Positions 9,058 through 18,096 of a stretch of 29,223 nucleotides of DNA are shown piece by piece; the stretch's first letter is position 1, and each line of letters opens with the position of its first letter. A model generated the notes under the pieces. The model saw only the letters and a program-made list of their open reading frames with translations, had not been told where the DNA came from and ran no database searches. Source of the DNA: Coleofasciculus chthonoplastes F2-STO-03 (GTDB taxonomy: Bacteria; Cyanobacteriota; Cyanobacteriia; Cyanobacteriales; Coleofasciculaceae); assembly GCA_040222015.1 (NCBI GenBank), contig JAVJWO010000157.1, positions 1 to 29,223 of the forward strand, in the 5' to 3' direction. Both the position numbers and the translations under genes were made by a program.

Positions 9058-9849
9058 ATGAAACCTCTACTAGCCTCGCTGCTCATCACTCCACTATTTA
9101 CTCTCCTGAGTTCAGCCATTACTCTAGCTGAAGTTCGTACCCAAGTGATTGAATACCAACAGGGTGATGCTGTACTCCAAGGCTTTCTGGCTTACGATGA
9201 CGAGATTCAGGGAAAGCGCCCCGGTGTGATGGTGGTTCATGCTTGGAAAGGATTGGGAGATTACGAGAAACAACGGGCAAAACAGCTTGCTGAATTGGGT
9301 TATGTAGCATTTGCGGCTGATATTTATGGTAAGGGAATTCGACCCACAACGAATGAAGAAGCTAGAGAACAAGCGACGATTTATCGATCCAATCGCCGAT
9401 TAATGCGCGATCGCGCCCAGGCTGGATTACAAGTGTTGCAACAATATCCGCTGACGGATGGGAATCAAGTTGCCGCGATCGGTTATTGTTTTGGAGGGGG
9501 TACAGTATTAGAATTAGCCCGCAGTGGTGCGCCAGTGGCTGGGGTTGTTAGCTTCCATGGCAATTTAGATACACCGAATCCCGCAGATGCTCAAGCGATT
9601 AAAGGTAGAGTTCTGGTGTTGCATGGTGCAGCCGATCCTTTAGTTCCTGATGAGCAAGTTGATGCGTTTAAACGAGAAATGAATTATGCCAATGTAGACT
9701 GGCAAATGGTTATGTATGGTAATGCTGTTCACAGCTTTAGTGATCCGAATGCGGGGAATGATCCTTCAACGGGAGTGGCTTACAATGAGAAGGCTGATCA
9801 GCGATCTTGGGCGGCAATGAATCGGTTTTTTGCTGAATTATTTCGTTAG
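9058..9849 (+). CDS. Dienelactone hydrolase family protein with signal peptide
   Basis: GYCFGG nucleophile elbow, HGAADP, AVHSF; hydrophobic N-terminus. Confidence 0.93.
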   Translation: MKPLLASLLITPLFTLLSSAITLAEVRTQVIEYQQGDAVLQGFLAYDDEIQGKRPGVMVVHAWKGLGDYEKQRAKQLAELGYVAFAADIYGKGIRPTTNEEAREQATIYRSNRRLMRDRAQAGLQVLQQYPLTDGNQVAAIGYCFGGGTVLELARSGAPVAGVVSFHGNLDTPNPADAQAIKGRVLVLHGAADPLVPDEQVDAFKREMNYANVDWQMVMYGNAVHSFSDPNAGNDPSTGVAYNEKADQRSWAAMNRFFAELFR

Positions 9850-9899
9850 ATTTGTTATTCGTCATGCATTTAACTGGGGAATAATACTGAATTAAAGCT

Positions 9900-9920
9900 G
9901 GTGGGCAATGCCCACCCTAC
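9900..9920 (-). repeat. GTAG-type REP (GTAGGGTGGGCATTGCCCACC)
   Basis: Palindrome with terminal CTAC on the + strand. Confidence 0.75.
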
Positions 9921-10043
9921 TAGCTACGGTACATACGCGATCGCGCCCGCTTAAAATTAATCTGGTAGAAACTTGCTCGTTGCTGGTAACGTCAATGTTT
10001 CTGGAAAACATTGGCGTTGAGTTAAGGAATCGTATTGTACACT

Positions 10044-10697
10044 ATGCGTCACATTTTTGGCATCCTACCTCTGGTATTTTTACTGCAAAGTCTTCCGGTT
10101 GTTGCCCAAGAGTCAACAAACCTTGACCCCGTTGAACAGGTTATCGCGGCGGGATGGATGACTCGCGATCGCGAGGGGGATTTTCAGGCACAACGAATCC
10201 TCAATCGGGCTGAATTAGCATCGATTTTAGTCAAAACCTTTGACTTAGAAAAACGAGTCGCCCAACCTGACGAACCTATTGCTGTTCTCGATGTGCCTAC
10301 CTCTCACTGGGCATATCGCGATATTCAATTAGTCTGGCAAAATAACGTGATGACGGGTTATCGTCAGGGACGATTTTTTCCCAATCAACGGGTTACTCGT
10401 GCCGAAGCTTTCTCTATCTTAGCTCAAGCCTATGGCGTGTTTCAGTTTCCAGAGGATACGGTGGCTGAACTGCTTTCGCGCTATCCCGATGCTGAGAAAA
10501 TACCAACTTGGGCAAGAAAGTCAATTGCCACGGCTTTGTATGAGGGGTTTGTTAATATCGATCCCCTGACTAATTCTATTGATCCCCTCGCCCCCATGAC
10601 TCGTGGAGATATGGCTTATGCATTGAGTAAATATCTGGAACGCCAAGAAAATACTGCTCCCATTCCTTGGACGATTGAGGAACCTGCGCCTATGTAA
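10044..10697 (+). CDS. S-layer homology (SLH) domain protein
   Basis: Signal peptide; LNRAE, DVPTSHWAY...GY..G.F.PNQRVTRAE, MTRGD. ATG 10044 preferred over TTG 10035. Confidence 0.9.
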   Translation: MRHIFGILPLVFLLQSLPVVAQESTNLDPVEQVIAAGWMTRDREGDFQAQRILNRAELASILVKTFDLEKRVAQPDEPIAVLDVPTSHWAYRDIQLVWQNNVMTGYRQGRFFPNQRVTRAEAFSILAQAYGVFQFPEDTVAELLSRYPDAEKIPTWARKSIATALYEGFVNIDPLTNSIDPLAPMTRGDMAYALSKYLERQENTAPIPWTIEEPAPM

Positions 10698-10930
10698 CAA
10701 AACGTCGCGGAAACACCTTTTGACCCAATGATTTGAGTATAGGGCGATCCGAGCCTATTGAACAGAGTCCAGTTGTTCATTTTGGTAAGCGGGTCGCCCC
10801 TCCATTCCTTTATGATGGGAAAGATCCGGTTTGGTTGCAGGAATACCCTGAACCATGAACCATGAACAATGTACAATCTCTGTTATTGCTCAGCTATTTT
10901 TGAACTTAATTTAGGAGAAAGAGTTATCCC

Positions 10931-11581
10931 ATGGATTCTCAACCCTCTAAGGATAATATACACACTCATTTAGTTTCAGCCGTGGTTGAGGCTACACTCA
11001 ACCAAGATCAACCCCGTCTTAATAAACTCCTGAAAACAGCGCTCTATGACATTCCTACCGAACAACCGGAATCATTGCGAGCGGAAGTTGCCAGAAAGTT
11101 CTTGATTCAAGTCGCTCAACGGTTAGAGGAATCCCTAGGGGCAAAGCATCATATCCTGGCTTGGTTTATGGTATATGTCGGCTTGGGAAACATACTACCA
11201 GAAGCAATTCAAGCGACGCAAATGGTTCTCAATGAGGGATTAAAACCGTTTGCCGATTTCTTTGTGGATCGTCAGGGGATTCATTTTTATAATCATGGCG
11301 ATAAGGCGGACAATATTAATAAAATTCCGCCTCGCCTCTCTGAGTTTACCCAGATGACTGTGCGGATTTCTCAGGACGAAGTGCAGCAGGTTATGGGGAA
11401 ATTCAGTTTATCGGAAGAGAAAGCTCGGCAAGTGGTCTTAAATCTGAAAATATTGGAGCAAAAAATGAATGTACAGTTTCAACAATTATTGACGGTTTTA
11501 GATTCTAATCAAGCGTTGCTGAATCAGGTGATGACATTGGATTTAAGTAAACCAGATAATCCCAATCGTTTTGGTATGTAA
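10931..11581 (+). CDS. Hypothetical protein
   Basis: 216-aa ORF with an upstream AGGAG; no recognised motif. Confidence 0.7.
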   Translation: MDSQPSKDNIHTHLVSAVVEATLNQDQPRLNKLLKTALYDIPTEQPESLRAEVARKFLIQVAQRLEESLGAKHHILAWFMVYVGLGNILPEAIQATQMVLNEGLKPFADFFVDRQGIHFYNHGDKADNINKIPPRLSEFTQMTVRISQDEVQQVMGKFSLSEEKARQVVLNLKILEQKMNVQFQQLLTVLDSNQALLNQVMTLDLSKPDNPNRFGM

Positions 11582-11650
11582 CAAGGAGGCAGGAGGCATA
11601 ATAGTGTAAGCTTTCGGATATCTGCTAAATAATGAATCAGGGCTTTAGTC

Positions 11651-13324
11651 ATGGGATGGAAGAGACTTGGATGCGCTACCTTCGTAAGTATTTTTATTGG
11701 TGTCTCAGTTCCGTTGCGATTAAATTCAACTGAATTATTCTCCAAAACGCCTCTGTTGGCGTTCTCAATTAATGCCCGTAAAGCCGAGGCGGAGCGATGG
11801 TTAAACCAAGGGATTGAACAGTTGCGCCAGCAGGAATGGGATGCGGCGATACAGTCTAGCCAGCAAGCATTGACCCTCTATCAGGATAGTCGCGATCGCG
11901 TGGGTATAGCCCAGTCTTTAAATTATCTGGGATGGGGACTATATCAGAACGGTCAATATCAAGCCGCCGAGCAAAGATTGCGCCAAGGAATTCAGAGTTT
12001 GGCATCGGTATCAGCGAATCAGAAAAGCTATGATACCCAATCCCAACGCTTAGAAACACAGGTGGCAAGTTATCAGCTCTTGCAAAAAGTATTAATTGCT
12101 CAGGGTAAAATAAATGAAGCACTTTTAGTGTCTGAGCAGAGTCGGGTGAGGGGGTTGAGTGAATTAGTAAACAGGGGTGATCCTAACGTTGCTACAATTA
12201 CGGCTGCTATGGCAGAACCAACCATTGAGCAGATTCAACAGATTGCCCAAGAGCGAAATGCCACTCTGATCGAATACTCGATTATTGATAATCCTTTGGC
12301 TGACGCAAATCAACCCGAAGAACTCTTTATTTGGGTGATTGAACCAACCGGAAAAATTACCTTTCGCCAGAGCAATCTTACTCAACTTTGGCAGAAGCAA
12401 AAGACGACACTGACAGACTATGTAAGTAATATTCGTCAATCCCTCGCCGCTTCCCAGTGGGGTGTTGGTTTATCTCGGCGTAAAATTCCAGCATTTAGGC
12501 AACTGTATCAGGTTTTAATCGAACCGATCGCGGATAAATTGCCCACTGATCCTAACGCTCATGTTATCTTTATTCCCCAACAATCTTTGTTGATGATTCC
12601 CTTTGCCCCTCTACAAGATGAGTCGGGGAACTATTTGCTGGAAAAACACACCATCTTAACCGCTCCAGCGATAATGGTATTGGATATTACCCGGCAAACT
12701 CGGGTGAATCGTCCCGACTCTGTGCAACAATGGTTAGTCGTGGGAAATCCCAACCCCATGCCTGGAGAGTTCTCGCCCTTACCTGCTGCTGAACAAGAAG
12801 CTAAAGCGATTGCATCGTTGGTAAATACCCAAGCGATTACGGGAGAGGTAGCCACTAAAGCCGATATTGTACCGCAGATGTCCGCGTCACGAGTGATTCA
12901 TCTCGCCACTCATGGTATATTTGATGAACAGCAAGGATGGGAGAGTGCGATCGCGTTAGCACCAACGCAGACGGATAATGGCTGGCTAACGGCAAGAGAA
13001 ATCCTGGATTTAAACCTGAATGCGGAGTTAGTGGTTCTCAGCGCTTGTAATACAGGGCGAGGGAGTATTAGTGGGGATGGGGTGGCTAGCTTATCGAGTG
13101 CTTTAATTGCATCAGGGGCGTCTAGTGTGATTGTTTCTTTGTGGTCAATTCCTGACTCACCCACCGCCTTTTTGATGCAGGAATTTTATTATAATTTACA
13201 GCAAAATTCTGACAAAGCCCAAGCCTTACGAAAAGCCATGTTAACCACAATGGAAAAACATCCCGATCTCCGGGATTGGGCAGCATTTACGTTAATTGGT
13301 GAAAGCCAATCGCCCACAGACTAG
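11651..13324 (+). CDS. TPR + CHAT (caspase-HetF) domain protease
   Basis: TPR helices; LYQVLIEPI, IPFAPL, IHLATHG (catalytic His), VVLSACNTG (catalytic Cys), SLWSI, WAAFTLIG. Confidence 0.93.
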   Translation: MGWKRLGCATFVSIFIGVSVPLRLNSTELFSKTPLLAFSINARKAEAERWLNQGIEQLRQQEWDAAIQSSQQALTLYQDSRDRVGIAQSLNYLGWGLYQNGQYQAAEQRLRQGIQSLASVSANQKSYDTQSQRLETQVASYQLLQKVLIAQGKINEALLVSEQSRVRGLSELVNRGDPNVATITAAMAEPTIEQIQQIAQERNATLIEYSIIDNPLADANQPEELFIWVIEPTGKITFRQSNLTQLWQKQKTTLTDYVSNIRQSLAASQWGVGLSRRKIPAFRQLYQVLIEPIADKLPTDPNAHVIFIPQQSLLMIPFAPLQDESGNYLLEKHTILTAPAIMVLDITRQTRVNRPDSVQQWLVVGNPNPMPGEFSPLPAAEQEAKAIASLVNTQAITGEVATKADIVPQMSASRVIHLATHGIFDEQQGWESAIALAPTQTDNGWLTAREILDLNLNAELVVLSACNTGRGSISGDGVASLSSALIASGASSVIVSLWSIPDSPTAFLMQEFYYNLQQNSDKAQALRKAMLTTMEKHPDLRDWAAFTLIGESQSPTD

Positions 13325-13333
13325 AAGTCTGGG

Positions 13334-13417
13334 GCTATACAAACCAAGTCCGCCTACGCGGACTCAATTCAGCCTGCGGAGGCAGGCTTTGTTTGTGTAG
13401 CAGCGATTTCAATCGCT
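13334..13417. repeat. REPIN-like double-hairpin element
   Basis: Outer arms 13334-13348/13387-13401; inner hairpins AGTCCGC..GCGGACT and AGCCTGC..GCAGGCT; terminal palindrome AGCGATTTCAATCGCT (13402-13417). Confidence 0.8.
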
Positions 13418-13420
13418 CCC

Positions 13421-13858
13421 AGCCGCCGTCTAATTCCGGTTCTCTATAAAGACTGCGAAAAGCCATTTTTTCTCCAATCTTTTCTCCACGTTAGTATTAA
13501 TGACGATAACTATGAGCAGGGATTTCAACAACTGATCCGAGGGATGCGGGGGGAGTCGGGAAAGCCGCCGCTTAAGGGTGAGACGACGCCTCCGCCTGTT
13601 CCGGCTTCAACTCTAGCCCAGGTGTCATCCGGTGTTGCATCGAGAATTCTGGCGTTTAAGCTGCTCAAATGCCTGCTTCCAGCTCAGTTTGATGAGGTTA
13701 TTTTCTACTATGAAATAGATGAGTCTCAACTGCCTACCAATGTGGCACAGGTGCAAAAAGCCAAAGAGATTATTAAATTGGCGAGTCAAAGAGACGGCGA
13801 GTCGCTGTCTGGACTGCTAGACTCGATTTATCAAGCGGCTCCACACTTGAAGAGGTAG
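13421..13858 (+). pseudogene. 5'-truncated TIR-domain protein with a C-terminal EAD-like helical domain
   Basis: The frame upstream of ATG 13544 reads SRRLIPVLYKDCEKPFFLQSFLHVSINDDNYEQGFQQLIRG..KPPL (C-terminal part of TIR_2). The C-terminal LKCLLPAQFDEVIF domain is similar to the N-terminus of the 14352 ORF. Confidence 0.7.
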
Positions 13859-13878
13859 GATGATGTCATGTCGGGTTG

Positions 13879-13982
13879 AATACTTAGGACTTACGAATAG
13901 TCTCTATCTGTAGGGTGTGTTAGCGTAGCGTAACGCACCATTTCAACGATAGATAGTGTAGCTGCGTAAATCCTAATACTTA
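13879..13982. mobile_element. MITE-like element with flanking direct repeats, carrying an internal GTAG REP
   Basis: IRs AGGACTTACG (13886-13895)/CGTAAATCCT (13965-13974); AATACTT direct repeats at 13879-13885 and 13975-13981; REP GTAGGGTGTGTTAGCGTAGCGTAACGCACC at 13910-13939. Confidence 0.7.
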
Positions 13983-14050
13983 CATGGTGGTGCTGTTTAT
14001 AGCAGAATCTGTCAGGGTTCGCGAAAGGAACTCTAGCGCAGCATTTGTCC

Positions 14051-14100
14051 AGATTCTTCGCTTCGCTCAGAATGACAAGATAGAACACTCAGCATGACAG
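14051..14100 (-). repeat. TGTCA-type REP (TGTCATTCTGAGCGAAGCGAAGAATCT) plus one 22-mer unit
   Basis: AGATTCTTCGCTTCGCTCAGAATGACA at 14051-14077; TAGAACACTCAGCATGACAG at 14081-14100. Confidence 0.7.
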
Positions 14101-14102
14101 AA

Positions 14103-14226
14103 TAAGCTGCTCGGCATTTAAACCTTAATATTAGTCATAGCGAAATCCCTGTAGTGCGTTAAGCGAAGCCATGCCGCAGGCTTTGCATCTTGCTCGCTAC
14201 CCATTCCCAATTTAAATGCATGACAG
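14103..14226. repeat. MITE-like element with imperfect IRs
   Basis: CTGCTCGGCATTTAAA (14107-14122) versus TTTAAATGCATGACAG (14211-14226); related half-site GTCATGCATTTAA at 9861. Confidence 0.55.
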
Positions 14227-14228
14227 GA

Positions 14229-14316
14229 TAGAACACCCAGAATGACAGCTTAGAACACCCAGAATGACAGCTTAGAACACCCAGAATGACAGCTTAGAAC
14301 ACTCAGCATGACATGA
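14229..14316 (+). repeat. 22-bp tandem repeat x4 (TAGAACACCCAGAATGACAGCT)
   Basis: Three exact units (14229, 14251, 14273) and one degenerate unit (14295); no spacers. Confidence 0.95.
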
Positions 14317-14351
14317 TAGAAGGTAAGTTGGTATCAGGTGGATAGGGTTGA

Positions 14352-14801
14352 ATGGATAGTCGAGGCGAACTACTACAGCGTCTGAAAACGCTGAATCCGG
14401 CTCAATTTGAGGAAGTGCTGTTCCGGTTGGGAATTGACCCGGCGATTATTCCCAGCCAGTTTGCTGAGCAATTGCTGCGAGCTATCCGAGTTATTCAACG
14501 GCTGGAGCAAGAGCCAGAGGGATTTGAACGCCTCAATCAAACCCTGGCTGAATCGGCTATTTCCATCATTGGTGAGCAGTATATCGGCTACGAGATAGAA
14601 GCTCAAGTTAAGGGAATTGTTAATGAGTATATCCAGCAGCCGTTTGAAGGGCGGGAGGAGGAGCAGCGTCAGCTTGATGACTTTGTGCAGCACAATTCTA
14701 GGGGGGTGCTGTTAGTAAGTAACCAGTGCGGCGGGTTGCTGAGGCGTTGGCGGCGATTGTGGGAGTGGAGGGATGAGAGATGGGGTTGTAGAGGTTTCTA
14801 G
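14352..14801 (+). pseudogene. Truncated EAD-like domain + P-loop (STAND/AAA-like) NTPase gene
   Basis: N-terminal LKTLNPAQFEEVLF domain, then FEGREEEQRQLDDFV...GVLLV (pre-Walker A). An AGTA duplication (14714-14721) shifts the frame; removing it gives GVLLVTSAAG, after which similarity is lost before GK[ST]. Confidence 0.7.
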
Positions 14802-14808
14802 ATATTTT

Positions 14809-15012
14809 CCCCCTCATCCCCTAACCCCTTCTCCCACCGTGGGGAGAAGGGGAATTGGAACAATTAATGATAAAAAATGTAGGTGACTACGCCTGCAATA
14901 TAACACCTTTCTTGCTCCCCTCTCCCGTGCAAAAAAAGTGAAACATCCTCTGTCCTCCCCCCTCTTGTAGGGGGGAACGAGGGGGGTTGGGAGAGGGGCT
15001 GGGGGAGAGGGG
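14809..15012. repeat. Nested C/G-rich palindromic repeats (CCCCTCTCCC...GGGAGAGGGG family)
   Basis: CCCCTTCTCCC/GGGAGAAGGGG hairpin at 14825-14852 and CCCCTCTCCC(14917)...GGGAGAGGGG(14989) enclosing a further hairpin; same family at 29071+. Confidence 0.75.
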
Positions 15013-15050
15013 TTGAGCGTTTATTTTGATCGCAAGCGTAAAGGGATATT

Positions 15051-15299
15051 ATGAGGATAGATTTTGATCAAGAGACTGAAGCCGTCTATTTCCGACTTAA
15101 GGATTCAAGAATTGTTGAGTCTGAAGAAATCAGCCCCGGCATTGTTTATGATTTTGACGAAAATGATACCATTGTGAGCATTGAGATCTTAAATCTAAGT
15201 CAAAAAAACCCCGACTCTATCAAAAATGTGAATTTTCCTTTCACCCAAGAAGAAAAAAAGCTTTTAAGAGATTTTTTAGGTTGGCTGACTCTGGTTTAA
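15051..15299 (+). CDS. DUF2283 family protein (putative antitoxin-like)
   Basis: MRIDFDQETEAVYFRL...ESEEISPGIVYDFDENDTIVSIEILN pattern. Confidence 0.85.
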   Translation: MRIDFDQETEAVYFRLKDSRIVESEEISPGIVYDFDENDTIVSIEILNLSQKNPDSIKNVNFPFTQEEKKLLRDFLGWLTLV

Positions 15300-15309
15300 A
15301 TGTATCACT

Positions 15310-15471
15310 GTAGGGGCACGGCAATGCCCATCCGTGTCAACTTAAGCTACAACCCCCTCACCCCCAGCCCAGAGGTTAGGGGATGAGGGTGAAAAGCTGA
15401 CCAGTATTGGTTTTCGCCTTCAGTTGACATAGGCGCACGTCAGTTTAGGGCGCACGTCTGTGCGCCCCTAC
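15310..15471. repeat. Nested REP/MITE cluster downstream of typA
   Basis: GTAGGGGCACGGCAATGCCC (15310); IR pair TGTCAACT (15335-15342)/AGTTGACA (15422-15429) enclosing a CCCTCA..TGAGGG hairpin; REP GGGCGCACGTCTGTGCGCCCCTAC (15448-15471). Confidence 0.75.
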
Positions 15472-15472
15472 G

Positions 15473-17263
15473 TTAACGCCTGACTAACTTCTTCGTCACC
15501 TTCCGCAACCGCACCGACTCGGGCGTGACTTCCACCAACTCTTCGGGTCCGATATATTCCAACGCCCGTTCCAAACTCATCTCGGCTGGCGCTTGCAACT
15601 GCACCAATTCATCTCCAGTAGCGGAACGATGGTTGGTTAACTGCTTAGTTTTACAAACATTCAAATCCAAATCTTGAGGACGGTTGTGTTCGCCGACAAT
15701 CATCCCCTTATACACCCGCGTCCCTGGTGTAATAAAGAATACACCTCGGTCTTCGCCATTTTTCAAGGAATAGAATGTCGCCACCCCTTCCTCAAAGGCA
15801 ATAATCACTCCATTGCGGCGGGTTTCCAGATCACCGGAAATCGAACGATAATCCAAGAAACTGTGATTCATAATCCCATCCCCACGAGTCAGGCGCATGA
15901 ATTCACCCCGGAAGCCAATTAAACCCCGTGCGGGAATCACAAATTCCAATTGAGTGCGACCATTACCACTAACGTGCATATTCTGCATTTCGCCCTTGCG
16001 CTGACCCAAGCGTTCAATACAGCCACCTACGGCTTCTTCGGGAATGTCTAGCGCCAAGACTTCGTAAGGTTCGCAGGGTTGACCCTTCACTTCCCGATAA
16101 ATCACTTGTGGCTGAGACACCTGAAACTCGTACCCTTCCCGGCGCATGGTTTCAATCAGGATACCTAGGTGTAATTCCCCCCGCCCAGAAACTAAAAATT
16201 TATCTGGAGAATCGGTTTCATCCACACGCAGAGCCACATTCGTCTCTAATTCTCGCATCAAGCGATCGCGTAATTGCCGCGAAGTCACGTAATCCCCTTC
16301 CTGACCCGCAAACGGCGAATCGTTCACCGAGAATGTCATCTGCAATGTCGGTTCATCTACCTTAATTAACGGTAAGGCTTGGGGTTCATTGGGACAGGTA
16401 ATCGTCTCGCCGATATTGGCATTAGCAAACCCCGCCACCGCGACAATATTTCCGGCGAAGGCTTCCTCTAAATCAACCCGCTGGAGTCCTTCAAACCCCA
16501 TGAGTTTGCTAATTTTAGTCTTGACAATTTCCCCGCTTTCTGTAACTAAAACCGCTTGCTGACCCGCTTTAATTACGCCATTATGGATTTTGCCAATCAC
16601 AATTCGACCCAGATAATCCGAATAATCCAGCGTCGTGACTTGCAATTGCAGAGGCTTGCTCACATCACCCACAGGCGGCGGAACATGGCGCAGGATGGAT
16701 TCAAACAAGGGTTGCACATCCACCCCTTCGTCCTTTAAATCCGCTTTAGCGTAGCCTTGTAACCCAGACGCAAACAGATAGGGAAACTCACACTGATCAT
16801 CATCCGCCCCCAATTCAATAAACAAATCCAGGACTTTATCCACAGCACCGTAGGGATCAGCTTGAGGACGGTCAATTTTATTCACCACCACAATCGGGCG
16901 CAGTCCTTTTTCCAAGGCTTTTTTCAGGACGAACCGGGTTTGGGGCATCGGTCCTTCATTGGCATCCACAATCAGGATACAACCATCCACCATACCCAAT
17001 ACCCGTTCCACTTCCCCACCAAAATCGGCGTGACCGGGAGTATCGACGATATTGATTAAGATATCTTTATAGTGAACTGCTGTATTTTTAGACAGAATCG
17101 TAATTCCCCGCTCTCGCTCCAAATCATTGGAGTCCATAACGCAATCAGGAACCTCTTCCCCTTCACGGAAGATACCGGATTGTTTGAGCAGGGCGTCAAC
17201 CAAGGTGGTTTTGCCGTGATCGACGTGGGCAATAATGGCAACGTTGCGAATCGGAAGAGTCAT
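15473..17263 (-). CDS. typA: Translational GTPase TypA/BipA
   Basis: [60 protein letters not shown]. Confidence 0.99.
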   Translation of the reverse strand: MTLPIRNVAIIAHVDHGKTTLVDALLKQSGIFREGEEVPDCVMDSNDLERERGITILSKNTAVHYKDILINIVDTPGHADFGGEVERVLGMVDGCILIVDANEGPMPQTRFVLKKALEKGLRPIVVVNKIDRPQADPYGAVDKVLDLFIELGADDDQCEFPYLFASGLQGYAKADLKDEGVDVQPLFESILRHVPPPVGDVSKPLQLQVTTLDYSDYLGRIVIGKIHNGVIKAGQQAVLVTESGEIVKTKISKLMGFEGLQRVDLEEAFAGNIVAVAGFANANIGETITCPNEPQALPLIKVDEPTLQMTFSVNDSPFAGQEGDYVTSRQLRDRLMRELETNVALRVDETDSPDKFLVSGRGELHLGILIETMRREGYEFQVSQPQVIYREVKGQPCEPYEVLALDIPEEAVGGCIERLGQRKGEMQNMHVSGNGRTQLEFVIPARGLIGFRGEFMRLTRGDGIMNHSFLDYRSISGDLETRRNGVIIAFEEGVATFYSLKNGEDRGVFFITPGTRVYKGMIVGEHNRPQDLDLNVCKTKQLTNHRSATGDELVQLQAPAEMSLERALEYIGPEELVEVTPESVRLRKVTKKLVRR

Positions 17264-17365
17264 AAAGGCGTTAGGGAGTGATTTGAGAGAGATTGATTCT
17301 ACTATAAGTTTCTTAATAATTGTAGCTTACTGAGAGGGGGAGCTAGGGGGCTAAGGTACAGGGTG

Positions 17366-17480
17366 GTAGGGGCGGGTTTTACGACTATCTTTTCGGTTGC
17401 ACCCAGATGCGACGAAACCCGCCCCGATTCAGCGCAAGAGATTGTACTGTTAAACTGGGCGCACGTCTGTGCGCCCCTAC
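17366..17480. repeat. Long GTAG REP-like element (17366-17427) and REP (17457-17480)
   Basis: 17457-17480 is identical to 15448-15471; a truncated reverse copy lies at 18444-18463. Confidence 0.85.
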
Positions 17481-17531
17481 GGTTTGGCTGATTGAGAATG
17501 GTGCAACAGATGAGATCTATCCGGCTTTGTT

Positions 17532-17969
17532 TCAGAAGTCGAATGATTCTCTCTCCTTTATATAAATGCTTCGCAGCCACTCTAGGGTTGCGCCAGATAG
17601 TCCAAATTGAATCCGGTTCACTAATTCTCCCCATTGATACAGTTCTGACAGAGAAAGGGATTGCTGAAACTTCTGCTGGTAAAACGTTGCCCAAAAATCG
17701 GGTGCTTTGTACCGATTCTTGCGCCAGCGCCTGCGCCAACAGAGGGTATCTTTCAGCGTGGGCGAGTCTACGCCTACAATTGGCGGGATATCGGCGTAAC
17801 TGATAAACGTGCTGACTCCCTTGCCAACAACATGAATCACATATCGCCAGCAGTCAATGCGATAAATCTCATCAGGATGGAGATTTAGCAGAAGCGCAAT
17901 GGCTTCTGGAGTAACAAATCGCTGTAACGGATGAGTGGCTCTTGATTTTACCTGAAGTGTTGATAACAT
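17532..17969 (-). CDS. Hypothetical protein, divergent from an XRE regulator
   Basis: ORF 17532..17990; ATG 17969 preferred because of an SD-like GGGG about 10 nt upstream. N-terminal VTPEAIALLLNLHPDEIYRI is HTH-like. Confidence 0.7.
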   Translation of the reverse strand: MLSTLQVKSRATHPLQRFVTPEAIALLLNLHPDEIYRIDCWRYVIHVVGKGVSTFISYADIPPIVGVDSPTLKDTLCWRRRWRKNRYKAPDFWATFYQQKFQQSLSLSELYQWGELVNRIQFGLSGATLEWLRSIYIKERESFDF

Positions 17970-18066
17970 AGGAGATGCGCCCCAAATCATGGGGTTGTAT
18001 TTTGATAGGACATAGCGATCGCTATCTGGCTTCGTAAACTTAGGTGCGATCGCTTTTAATTTGATT

Positions 18067-18096
18067 AGTTTAGACGAATTTTAAACTTTATGTCAA
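18067..18096 (-). promoter_or_regulatory. Sigma70-type promoter with overlapping inverted repeat
   Basis: Minus strand TTGACA (18096-18091)-N18-TAAACT (18072-18067); IR AGTTTA-N9-TAAACT (18067-18087). Confidence 0.55.

Noticed and set aside
13891..14088. 65-aa minus-strand ORF
   Set aside because: Composed of REP/MITE sequence (VILSEAKNL, VRYATLTHPT).
14229..14316. CRISPR or iteron array
   Set aside because: Contiguous 22-mers without spacers, derived from neighbouring repeat ends; no rep or cas gene nearby.
15448..17480. typA mobilised between identical 24-bp direct repeats
   Set aside because: The repeats belong to a dispersed REP family (third copy at 18444), and typA is a core gene with no other sign of mobility.
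17302..17739. 145-aa minus-strand ORF upstream of typA
   Set aside because: Overlaps the 17532 gene in another frame and runs through two REP elements; no protein-like motifs.
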